Positions 30,235 to 39,078 of a stretch of DNA of 47,504 nucleotides are shown here, in pieces. Numbering within the stretch: the stretch's first letter is position 1; every line of letters starts with the position of its first letter. Origin of the DNA: Fusobacteriota bacterium (GTDB lineage Bacteria > Fusobacteriota > Fusobacteriia > JAPLKR01); assembly GCA_026387965.1 (NCBI GenBank), contig JAPLKR010000116.1, forward strand, positions 1-47,504, in the 5' to 3' direction. The notes under the pieces were generated by a model that saw only the letters and a list, made by a program, of their open reading frames with translations, was not told the origin of the DNA and ran no database searches. A program made the translations under genes and the position numbers.

Positions 30235-31260
30235 ATGTCAAATTTATATGTGGATAATATAGGGCATTTACCTACGATAAGAATAAAAAAAAAATTTGAT
30301 AATATAATATCAATTCCCTTTATTATTAAAAAAGAAAATATATTTCATATTTCTGTTGTCGCAGGAATTATTCACATTTATTATCCAGAGCTTTGTGATG
30401 AAATTATGAAGTATCTTCAATATATTCCATGTATAGCAGATATCTATATTTCAACAGATACGCTTGAAAAAAGAGAGAAAATAGCAGAAGCTTTTAAAAG
30501 TTACACAAATGGAAAAGTGGAGATCAGAATAGCTCAAAATGTAGGTCGCGATGTTGCCCCTATGTTCGTCCTATTTAAAGATGTATTTAAAAATTATAAC
30601 TATTTTTTTCATATTCATACCAAAAAATCCCCTCAACAGTCTGTTTTAGAAGGATGGCGTGAGTATCTTTTTTCATCACTTCTCGGAAGTAAACAAATTA
30701 TTGAAAACAATCTTTTTTTGCTACAAAATGAAATTGGCGTAATTTTTCCTGATCACTATTCCATAGTAAAGCGAATTATTTATTGGCATAAAGGCGATTA
30801 CTTCAAGTTTCAAGAATTAATGAAGCGTTGTGGAATAGATGTAGATTATAATAATCCATTAGAGTTTCCTTCAAGTACAATGTTCTGGGCTAGAACGGAT
30901 ATTTTTAAGCCACTGTTAGAGCTAAATCTAACGTGGGATGATTTTAATAAAGAAGAAGGGCAAATATCAGGGACTTTAGCACACTCCATTGAACGTACAG
31001 TTCTCTATCTATGCGAGTTGAAATATAAGTGGGTTAAAATTAAAAGAGAAGAAAATCAAGCTGAAACGAAAGCGTATGGTGTTCAGGAGATCAATGAGCA
31101 CTTAGAGAGAAATTTTTACTCTTTACTTGAGAAAAGACCAGAATTAATGGCGTTAGAATTAGAAAAACTCATAAAAAATTGTAGAAGAGTAAAAATGGCA
31201 GTTAATCTCTATCACTTAACTCTTTTAAAAATCAAAAGAAGATTTAAAAGAAAAATTTAG
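30235..31260 (+). CDS. Rhamnan synthesis F (RgpF-like) protein
   Basis: HIYY, NVGRDVAP, HIHTKKS, FPSSTMFW, GTLAHSIER; ATG 30235 behind AGGAGA. Confidence 0.88.
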   Translation: MSNLYVDNIGHLPTIRIKKKFDNIISIPFIIKKENIFHISVVAGIIHIYYPELCDEIMKYLQYIPCIADIYISTDTLEKREKIAEAFKSYTNGKVEIRIAQNVGRDVAPMFVLFKDVFKNYNYFFHIHTKKSPQQSVLEGWREYLFSSLLGSKQIIENNLFLLQNEIGVIFPDHYSIVKRIIYWHKGDYFKFQELMKRCGIDVDYNNPLEFPSSTMFWARTDIFKPLLELNLTWDDFNKEEGQISGTLAHSIERTVLYLCELKYKWVKIKREENQAETKAYGVQEINEHLERNFYSLLEKRPELMALELEKLIKNCRRVKMAVNLYHLTLLKIKRRFKRKI

Positions 31261-31299
31261 TTGCTGAGTAGATGGCAAAAATATTCTCAAGCTCTCGAT

Positions 31300-31710
31300 G
31301 ATCTCAGTGGTGAAAGTGTTTTATTAGTGGAAATTCGCATTAAATGTTTAGGGTTTGGATACAAACGGTATGTGTTTGTAGGAACGAAAAGAGAGTGAAA
31401 ATCCATTTTCTGTGTATTTGGTGTATTCTGTGGCAAAATGCTTTCCATTTTGCGTGTAAGGAATGGATACTGCAACTAGACAGATTTAAAATTAAGTTGC
31501 CCCATAGTTTGTATCGACTGCTTAGTGGAGCGTGCAAAGTTTTTACCTCACTATCGCCCCCTATTTTCAGGGAGGATATTAGATTTGCGTCAGAATTTAG
31601 TCTGCGTCGAGAAGAACCTGATTTTACTCTTAACGGTAAGGTGTTTCAGATTTACATCAGGCTCGAAAAAAAGGTATAACTGTGTCTACATAATAGCCGT
31701 GGCAGAAAAT
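31300..31710 (+). repeat. Mosaic repeat block upstream of rhuM-fic (direct-repeat core 31479-31586, family B right end at 31647)
   Basis: 31479-31540 is 56/62 identical to 33018-33079; 31302-31337 resembles 32881-32915. Confidence 0.85.
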
Positions 31711-31729
31711 TGATAAGGAAGGAGGGAAG

Positions 31730-32716
31730 ATGAAAGAGATTCAAATATATCAAAATGAAAATGGTATGGTGGAATAAGATGTAAATTTTGAAAAGGAAAC
31801 GGTATGGCTGACTCAAAGGCAAATGGGAATTCTTTTTAATCGAGATTATAAAACCATTTCTAAACATATCATAAAGATATACTCTGAAGGCGAATTAAAC
31901 AGAGAGGGAACTGTCTCAAAATTTGCGACAGTTCAAAATGAGGGTGACAGAGAGATTCGTCGTGAAATTGAGCACTATAATTTAGATGTGATTATCTCTG
32001 TTGGGTATCGAGTGAATTCAAAAGAGGGGACCAAATTTAGAATTTGGGCGACCAATGTTTTAAAAGAGTATCTTGTTCAAGGATACGTGATCAACCAAAA
32101 GTGCTTGAAAATGGAAAAGCAAAAAGTTGAAGAGCTGTATAAAACCATTCAACTGCTTGAAAGAACAGTAAGAAATCAAGCGGAAGAGTTGAGTGAAGCA
32201 CAAGAGTTAATAAAAATTGTCTCAGAATATAGTTATGCTTTATCACTTTTAGATGATTATGATCATCAGAGTGTTAAGATGGGAAGAACAACAGAATCTA
32301 CTTCATATCATTTAACGTATGCTGAGTCTATAAAACTGATTAACTCTATGAAAACAGAATTCTCATCTTCCCTTTTTGGCAATGAAAAAGATGAGTCATT
32401 TAAAGGAAGCTTGGGCGCACTATATCAAACGGCTTTTGGTGAAGAAGTATACAAGAGTGTGGAGGAAAAAGCAGTCCACCTGCCCTATTTTGTTGTGAAA
32501 AATCACTCATTTAGTGATGGAAATAAGCGAATAGCAGCGGCTCTTTTTACCTATTTTATGTATAAAAATGGAATATTGTATACACGAGAAGGCAAGAAGC
32601 GTATTGGCGATAACACACTTGTGGCAATGACACTCATGATAGCCGAGAGTAAATCTGAAGAGAAAGATATCATTACAAAAGTCCTAGTAAATTTAATTAA
32701 TGAAGATAATGAATAG
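31730..32716 (+). pseudogene. RhuM-Fic/Doc fusion with an in-frame TAA at codon 16
   Basis: ATG 31730 behind GGAGG reads MKEIQIYQNENGMVE*DVNFEKETVWLTQRQM in frame with the 31823 ORF; YNLDVIISVGYRVNS, FRIWA (RhuM) and HSFSDGNKR (Fic). Confidence 0.85.
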
Positions 32717-32879
32717 GGATGTAAATAGAATTACAATTATGAGACAGTTTGTTGCACAATTATTTCAAGTTCGGTGTAGATACAATAATGTCATTGTTTG
32801 AAAGTGAGAATATTTGCCACGGGATAAGGATGAATAAAAGTTGAATGGGTAGTAGGGTATGAAATAATATTGCTCAGCG

Positions 32880-33260
32880 TTCTCAGTGGTGCAAGGCTTT
32901 ATTCGTGGAGATTCGAAATTTATTTGTGCCAATTCGTGTCATATATTTAGGATTATCAGATTTTAGTCAGGTTGAAGATGCGTATTTAAGTATGGATAGT
33001 GCAACTACATGGATAATGACAGATTTAGAATTAAGTTGTCACATAGTTTGTGTCGACTGCTTAGTGGAGAGTGCAGAGTCTCTACCCCCTCTAACTTCCC
33101 CAATTCTCAGGAGAGGATATCAGATTTAAGTCGTCTTATAGTCCTTATCGATAAGTGTATGAGCAATGGATTCAGCGACTTCGTGCAAAATGTCCGAGTA
33201 GAGTGATTTCAATGTTATTTATTCCGTGGTGAATATTCTTTTATTTGCCTCAATTTGTGG
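32880..33260 (+). repeat. Mosaic repeat block downstream of rhuM-fic
   Basis: Direct repeat of parts of 31300-31600; family B motif CAGATTTTAGTCAGG at 32957. Confidence 0.85.
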
Positions 33261-33374
33261 CCAATAGGTCTTGATTTTGATATTTTTCTTGAAATTTAGC
33301 CTAATTCTTGTTATAGTGTAAGTAGTTATAATGTGTATGCGTGATAATGATAATCCTATGAGGAGAATGAGATA

Positions 33375-35171
33375 ATGGAAATAGTTAAAGAGAATAGAAA
33401 TCCGCTGAGATTTGTAAGTCCCAAGTGGTATTCACGCCAATTTAAAACCCTAATAAAGAGCCGTTCATATCAGTATTTCAAACCTTATTTGTGGCTATCA
33501 ATTATTAGTGTACTATTAATGACAGTGTATTCGGTGGCAAGTGGAGCCCCAACGTTAGTCATGAAGGAGCTCTTTAATGGTGTATTGGTTGGAAAAAATG
33601 TTAAGATGCTTATATGGGTAGTTGTTCTTATCATCGTTTCAACAGTGGTAAAAGATATAGCGAATTACTGCGGAAGTGTCATGCAGTCGTATATTTCAAC
33701 GCGTATTGCATATGACCTTAGAAAAGACCTTTACAATCATATGATAGATCTTCCAATGAGTTATTTTAAGAAGAATCAAACGGGAGATTTGATGTCAAGG
33801 TATACGACGGCAATTCCTGCATATCAAGGGTTTTTAGGAACAGCATTTTCGTTTATCAGTAAAATTATTCAGCTAATTGCTTATTTTGGAATTGCCATCT
33901 ATACCTCGTGGCAGTTGACAATATCTCTTATAATCCTTCTTCCAGTTATCTATGTGACGATGAAATACCTTGGAAAAAGATTATACAAGACAGGAAAAAA
34001 AATTCAGGAAGCGGCAGGAAGTATCAACAATTTTGTACAAGAGATGGTAAGTGGTGTGCAAGTGGTAAAAAGTTTTGCGGCCGAGGATTTTGAAAGAGAG
34101 AACTACGAGTATCAAAATCATCTAAATTTTGCAGTGAATTATAAAAACTCAAAGATTAATGCAAGAGTATCGCCTATTACAGATTCGGTAAACTCTATCG
34201 CGATTGTAGTACTGCTTCTTCTCGGAGGGTATTTTATTATACGTGGATGGATACAGAGTGGGAATTTTATCCAATTGGTTGTGGCACTTGGTCTTACGGC
34301 AACACCGATTAGATATATTTCTCAACAATATGGTGCACTTTTTACCAATATGGCTGGAGTAGAGAGGGTATTTGAGGTATTGGATGTAAAAAATGAGATT
34401 ACAGATAAAGAAGATGCAAAAATTCTTGAAAATCCAAAAGGAAAAGTAGAGATAAAAAATGCCTTTTTTAAATATGAACCGAATCAAGAGTGGATCATTA
34501 ATGATATCACCATTACGGCTAATCCGGGCGAGACAGTAGCACTAGTAGGAAAAAGTGGTGGGGGAAAATCAACACTGGTTAACCTACTTCCAAGATTTTA
34601 TGATATTGAAAAAGGGTCAATATGTGTGGATGGTGTAGATATTCGTGATTATACTCAAAAAAGTCTTCGTCAAAACATAGGGCTTGTTCCCCAAGATACA
34701 TTCCTATTCAGTGGTAGTATTCGTTCAAATATTGCTTATGGACTCGGAGATATACCTACGGAAAAGATTATTGAAGCGGCTAAAAATGCCAATGCTTGGG
34801 AGTTTATTGAAGGGCTGCCTGATGGGTTAGATACTGTGGTGGGTGAGCGTGGGACACGACTTTCTGGTGGACAAAAGCAGAGAATCTCTATTGCAAGGGC
34901 ACTACTTAAAAATCCTAAAATACTCATTTTAGATGAGGCCACCTCAGCACTCGATACTGAATCAGAGAAATTGGTACAAGATGCACTAGATAGATTGATG
35001 CAGTCACGAACGACTTTTGTAATCGCGCATAGACTTTCTACGATTATAGATGCAGATAAAATTGCTGTGATAAAAGGGGGAATACTCTTAGAGATGGGAA
35101 CACATAAGGAGTTATTGGCCAATAAAGGATACTATAAAGAGCTTTACGATCGTCAATTTAGAGACGAATAA
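33375..35171 (+). CDS. msbA: MsbA-like ABC half-transporter (probable lipid A-core flippase)
   Basis: Fused TMD and NBD; GKSGGGKST, LSGGQKQR, DEATSALD, IAHRLST; LPS context. Confidence 0.75.
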   Translation: MEIVKENRNPLRFVSPKWYSRQFKTLIKSRSYQYFKPYLWLSIISVLLMTVYSVASGAPTLVMKELFNGVLVGKNVKMLIWVVVLIIVSTVVKDIANYCGSVMQSYISTRIAYDLRKDLYNHMIDLPMSYFKKNQTGDLMSRYTTAIPAYQGFLGTAFSFISKIIQLIAYFGIAIYTSWQLTISLIILLPVIYVTMKYLGKRLYKTGKKIQEAAGSINNFVQEMVSGVQVVKSFAAEDFERENYEYQNHLNFAVNYKNSKINARVSPITDSVNSIAIVVLLLLGGYFIIRGWIQSGNFIQLVVALGLTATPIRYISQQYGALFTNMAGVERVFEVLDVKNEITDKEDAKILENPKGKVEIKNAFFKYEPNQEWIINDITITANPGETVALVGKSGGGKSTLVNLLPRFYDIEKGSICVDGVDIRDYTQKSLRQNIGLVPQDTFLFSGSIRSNIAYGLGDIPTEKIIEAAKNANAWEFIEGLPDGLDTVVGERGTRLSGGQKQRISIARALLKNPKILILDEATSALDTESEKLVQDALDRLMQSRTTFVIAHRLSTIIDADKIAVIKGGILLEMGTHKELLANKGYYKELYDRQFRDE

Positions 35172-35179
35172 TAGCTAAT

Positions 35180-35215
35180 AAAAAAGCATTGGGAGATTTT
35201 TCTCAATGCTTTTTT
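35180..35215 (+). terminator. Rho-independent terminator
   Basis: AAAAAAGCATTGGGA-loop-TCTCAATGCTTTTTT. Confidence 0.85.
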
Positions 35216-35514
35216 GAGATAATAAAGGATGTTTGAGGCACAGAGAAAAATACCGGCTAGGGCTGAAAAAATTAACACTGATCAGCAGAAAGAAGATGAG
35301 TTTAGCCATGACTGAATGTAGTGTTAGTGACGGTGTGGAAGTGCAAGACTTAACATGCGGGCATAGCAGAAAAAAAATGGATTAAAGATAGCGTATTTTA
35401 GTAAAAAAACTACGAGAATCAAATTAGAACTGAATAAGCAGCGTCATAGGTTTCATATGTTGCTATTCGTGATCAACGTAATCCTTTTTATCTACCCCTA
35501 TTTTAGGCGGAGTA

Positions 35515-35645
35515 AAGCGGGTTTAAGTCATCCTTTAGTCTGTGCCGAGCAAGAAAGTTTTGCTATTAATGGCATGATGTTTCAGATTTTAGACAGGGTC
35601 AAAAAAAGCTTTAAACCGTGCCTACGCAGTAGGCGTGGCGAGAAT
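35515..35645 (+). repeat. Family B right part plus conserved downstream extension
   Basis: TTTAAGTC..TTTAGTC..CAGATTTTAGACAGGGTC-AAAAAA..AACCGTGCCTACG, matching 22917-22975 and 31581-31710. Confidence 0.75.
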
Positions 35646-35665
35646 ATAAAGTATTAGGAGAAAAA

Positions 35666-36238
35666 ATGGCAGAATTTAAGAAAATAGAGACAGAAATAGA
35701 AGGACTCGTTGTGATAGAGCCACAAGTGTTTGGAGATGAACGTGGGTTTTTTATTGAAAGTTATAATAAAAGAGAGTTTGAGAAAATTGGAATTGATTTA
35801 GAATTTATTCAAGATAACCACTCAAAGTCAAAAAAAGGGGTACTGCGAGGGCTCCATTTTCAAACCGAATGTGGGCAAGATAAGTTGGTGCGCGTTATTC
35901 ATGGAAGCGTCTATGATGTGGCGGTTGACTTGCGCGAGGGAAGTTCAACTTATGGAAAATGGTATGGACTCATCCTTTCTGCTGAAAATAAAAAGATGTT
36001 TTTAGTACCCAAAGGATTTGCCCATGGATTTTTGACGCTTGATGATGACACAGAGTTTCAATATAAAGTGACAGATTACTATTCTCCTGAGTTTGATAGT
36101 GGAATGAGGTGGAATGATGAAGATCTCAAGATTGCTTGGCCACTTACTGAATATGGGCTAACGCCAGAAAATTTATCACTCTCTTCAAAAGACAGAGCGC
36201 AAAAATCCTTCAAAGAGAGTAAACCATTGAAGATATAA
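35666..36238 (+). CDS. rmlC: dTDP-4-dehydrorhamnose 3,5-epimerase
   Basis: DERGFF, QDNHS, GVLRGLHFQ, DVAVDLR, GFAHGF. Confidence 0.96.
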   Translation: MAEFKKIETEIEGLVVIEPQVFGDERGFFIESYNKREFEKIGIDLEFIQDNHSKSKKGVLRGLHFQTECGQDKLVRVIHGSVYDVAVDLREGSSTYGKWYGLILSAENKKMFLVPKGFAHGFLTLDDDTEFQYKVTDYYSPEFDSGMRWNDEDLKIAWPLTEYGLTPENLSLSSKDRAQKSFKESKPLKI

Positions 36239-36246
36239 ATAAGTTT

Positions 36247-36482
36247 GAGCCTGATTAAGATCACTATTTTTCCTCTCTTTGAAGAGAGGGTTGGGCGAGT
36301 TGTGTTTATAGCTTTATTAATTTCAAGGTAAAACACCACTCACCCTACACCTTCTCGCCAGCGAGAAGGAAATATCGACAGTTTAAATCGATCTATTTAC
36401 TAGATATTAAACAGGTTCTTAGAAAGCGTCATAATGAAGATATTTAAGAAGGTTCAGGTTTTAACAGATTTTTGTCAGGCTC
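36247..36482. repeat. Family B-type inverted repeats (36247-36418) around a CCTCTC/GAGAGG hairpin core, plus a second right end at 36465-36482
   Basis: GAGCCTGATTAAGATC...GATATTAAACAGGTTC; internal CCTCTCTT-tg-AAGAGAGG and CCTTCTCGC-ca-GCGAGAAGG hairpins. Confidence 0.7.
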
Positions 36483-36516
36483 AGAAAATGTTTTGATCTG
36501 TGTCGAAAGGAATAGA

Positions 36517-37368
36517 ATGAAGATATTAATTACAGGGGCGAATGGCCAGCTTGGAACAGATTTACAAAAAATATTAACGGCACAAAAGTATGAATTTGTT
36601 GCAACCGATAGTGCAGAGCTCAATATTCTAGATGAAGTTCGCGTACGAGAGTTTGTTAAAGGGAATTTGTTTACCCATATCATCAACTGTGCGGCATATA
36701 ATAATGTGGATAAGGCTGAAAGTGAAGTGGAATTATGCAGAATGCTGAACACAGAGGCACCAAAACTTTTAGCAAAAATATCTCGTGAGATAGGGGCAGT
36801 TTGTGTAACTTACTCGTCGGATTTTGTTTTTGATGGTAAGAAAAAGTCACCCTATTTTGAAGAGGACGTTGCTAATCCACTCTCTGCTTATGGTCATTCT
36901 AAACTGGAGGGAGAGCGTGCAGTCTTATCAGTGAATAAAAAATGTTTCGTGATTCGCACTTCTTGGGTATTTGGAATGGGAAACAACAATTTTAATAAGC
37001 AGGTGATAGGTTGGAGTCAGGGAAAATCAGAGCTTTCCATAGTGGAGGATCAAGTTTCGTCACCAACATACGCATATGATTTAGCCGATTTCACCTTGAA
37101 ACTATTAAACAGTAAAGAGTATGGCTTATACCATTTTTCAAATTCTGGAGAGTGTAGTAAAAGAGAGCAAGCTGAGTATGTGCTTAAAAAAATGGGGTGG
37201 CAAGGCGAGGTTAAAGGAGCGAAAACGTCAGATTTTAGTTTGCCTGCAAAACGTGCACACTATTCTAAACTGGATAGCAGTAAATTTGAAAGCGTGGTAG
37301 GTGAAAAAATCCCTACATGGCAAAACGGCATCGATCGCTTCCTTGAAGAGTACAAAAAATCAAATTAG
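36517..37368 (+). CDS. rmlD: dTDP-4-dehydrorhamnose reductase
   Basis: GANGQLG, NCAAY, SSDFVFDG, YGHSK, DQVSSPT. Confidence 0.96.
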   Translation: MKILITGANGQLGTDLQKILTAQKYEFVATDSAELNILDEVRVREFVKGNLFTHIINCAAYNNVDKAESEVELCRMLNTEAPKLLAKISREIGAVCVTYSSDFVFDGKKKSPYFEEDVANPLSAYGHSKLEGERAVLSVNKKCFVIRTSWVFGMGNNNFNKQVIGWSQGKSELSIVEDQVSSPTYAYDLADFTLKLLNSKEYGLYHFSNSGECSKREQAEYVLKKMGWQGEVKGAKTSDFSLPAKRAHYSKLDSSKFESVVGEKIPTWQNGIDRFLEEYKKSN

Positions 37369-37472
37369 TTAGCCACTAACGAACATGGTAAAGAGATATT
37401 TTCAGGACAATATTGAGTAGTATGAGTATAATTTTGGCGTATATAGGAGATGATTTATGGTATAACCATGTC

Positions 37473-37609
37473 TATTGCAAATCATAAAAATACTGGATAT
37501 TTTTTGTATGGCATCTTGAGCCAAGTCGGGAGATCTATCTTTTAAATGAGTAGATGTCTCCGCCTTGGTCGACATGATATGACTCAAGATTTGTTTTAAA
37601 AATGCTATA
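37473..37609 (+). mobile_element. MITE-like repeat family A, copy 3
   Basis: TATTGCAAATC...TTGTTTTAAAAATGCTATA; near match to reverse complement of 8492-8629. Confidence 0.85.
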
Positions 37610-37652
37610 CGTAGTGGTCGTGGCAAATTTAATTATTCATTGGAGGAATGAA

Positions 37653-38849
37653 ATGAGATATTTAGTAACAGGTGCAGCTGGGTTTATCGGTGCAAATTAT
37701 CTGAAATATATTTTAAAAATGCATTCTAATTGTGAGGTGATAGTTCTTGATAAGCTAACCTATGCAGGGAATTTACTGACCATTCAAGAGGAATTGAAAG
37801 ATTCAAGAGTAAAATTTATTAAAGGTGATATTCAAAATAAAGAGTTGGTAGAGAATATTTTCATGCGACATGATATTGACTATGTGGTGAATTTTGCTGC
37901 AGAATCGCACGTGGATCGAAGTATTGAAAATCCTCAAATATTTTTGGAAACGAACATTTTAGGAACACAAAATTTACTGGATATGGCGAAAAAATTCTGG
38001 TCAATTGGAAAAGATGAAAAGGGATATCCGATTTTCAAGCAGGGTAAGAAATATTTGCAAGTTTCAACCGATGAAGTCTACGGAAGTCTAGAAAAAGACT
38101 GGGCAGTTGCTCAAGAGTTGATACTTAACGAGAGTGTCAGAAAAGTGATTAGTGGAAGAAAAACTCTGCCTACAGGGTATGGAGAGAGCTTTTTTACAGA
38201 AAACACCCCACTTTCACCAAGAAGCCCCTACTCTGCATCGAAAACGGCCGCCGATATGTTGGTAAAGGCGTACGAAGATACTTACCATATGCCAATCAGC
38301 ATTACCCGTTGTTCGAATAATTATGGGCCGTATCATTTTCCAGAAAAATTGATCCCACTTATGATTAAAAATGTGTTGGAAGGGAAAAAGCTTCCAGTGT
38401 ATGGAAAAGGAGATAATGTAAGAGATTGGCTCTATGTAAAGGACCATTGCAAAGGGATTGACTTAGTGCTTCACAAAGGCAGACTAGGGGAGGTCTATAA
38501 TATCGGAGGATTTAACGAAGAGCAAAATATTGAAATTGTAAAGCTTGTCATCTCAACCATTGCACGTATTATGAGAGACGAGCCACGCCATCAAAAAGTG
38601 TTAAAAACCGAGCTCTCCAATATTTCGGAGGGGCTTATCACATACGTTCAAGATAGATTAGGCCACGATGCGCGTTATGCCATTGATCCCACCAAAATTG
38701 TAACAGAGCTTGGTTGGTATCCTGAGACCCCATTTGTTGAGGGGATAGAGCAGACCATTCGATGGTATTTAGAAAATCAAGAGTGGGTAAATTCTGTGAC
38801 CAGTGGTGAGTATCAAAAATACTATGAGCAAATGTACCAAGGAAGCTAG
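37653..38849 (+). CDS. rmlB: dTDP-glucose 4,6-dehydratase
   Basis: TGAAGFIG, DKLTYAGN, AAESHVDRSI, STDEVYG, YSASK, RCSNNYGP. Confidence 0.96.
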   Translation: MRYLVTGAAGFIGANYLKYILKMHSNCEVIVLDKLTYAGNLLTIQEELKDSRVKFIKGDIQNKELVENIFMRHDIDYVVNFAAESHVDRSIENPQIFLETNILGTQNLLDMAKKFWSIGKDEKGYPIFKQGKKYLQVSTDEVYGSLEKDWAVAQELILNESVRKVISGRKTLPTGYGESFFTENTPLSPRSPYSASKTAADMLVKAYEDTYHMPISITRCSNNYGPYHFPEKLIPLMIKNVLEGKKLPVYGKGDNVRDWLYVKDHCKGIDLVLHKGRLGEVYNIGGFNEEQNIEIVKLVISTIARIMRDEPRHQKVLKTELSNISEGLITYVQDRLGHDARYAIDPTKIVTELGWYPETPFVEGIEQTIRWYLENQEWVNSVTSGEYQKYYEQMYQGS

Positions 38850-38881
38850 TTGAAAATAATATTAATGTTAAAAAAAATTGT

Positions 38882-38975
38882 GAGCATGATAAAAATCTGT
38901 AAGAGTTTGCTGAAAAAATAAAAAAAAGTACTTAATATTTTGCCGTGAGATGTTTAACCGATTTTAGTCAGGCTC
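38882..38975. repeat. Family B element (short complete copy)
   Basis: GAGCATGATAAAAATCTGT...ACCGATTTTAGTCAGGCTC. Confidence 0.75.
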
Positions 38976-38986
38976 GAAAATAATCA

Positions 38987-39020
38987 TAAAATCTCTCGCT
39001 TACATGAGAGATTTTTTTAT
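38987..39020 (+). terminator. Probable terminator after rmlB
   Basis: AAAATCTCTC-gcttacat-GAGAGATTTTTTT. Confidence 0.7.
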
Positions 39021-39078
39021 CGTAAAATACAAGTTTTGTGGTATAATAGAATTAAATATTACCATACTGGAGTAACAG

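Noticed and set aside
24311-30294. A9-A10 tracts near 5' ends of glycan genes (24311, 28106, 30285) as phase-variation switches
   Set aside because: Expected in Lys-rich AT-rich genes, all in frame, no evidence of length variation
31287-31713. Short ORFs at 31287-31713, also 32905-33206 and 35457-35657
   Set aside because: They lie in repeat mosaics and lack an RBS or motifs; peptide similarity between them comes from the DNA repeat
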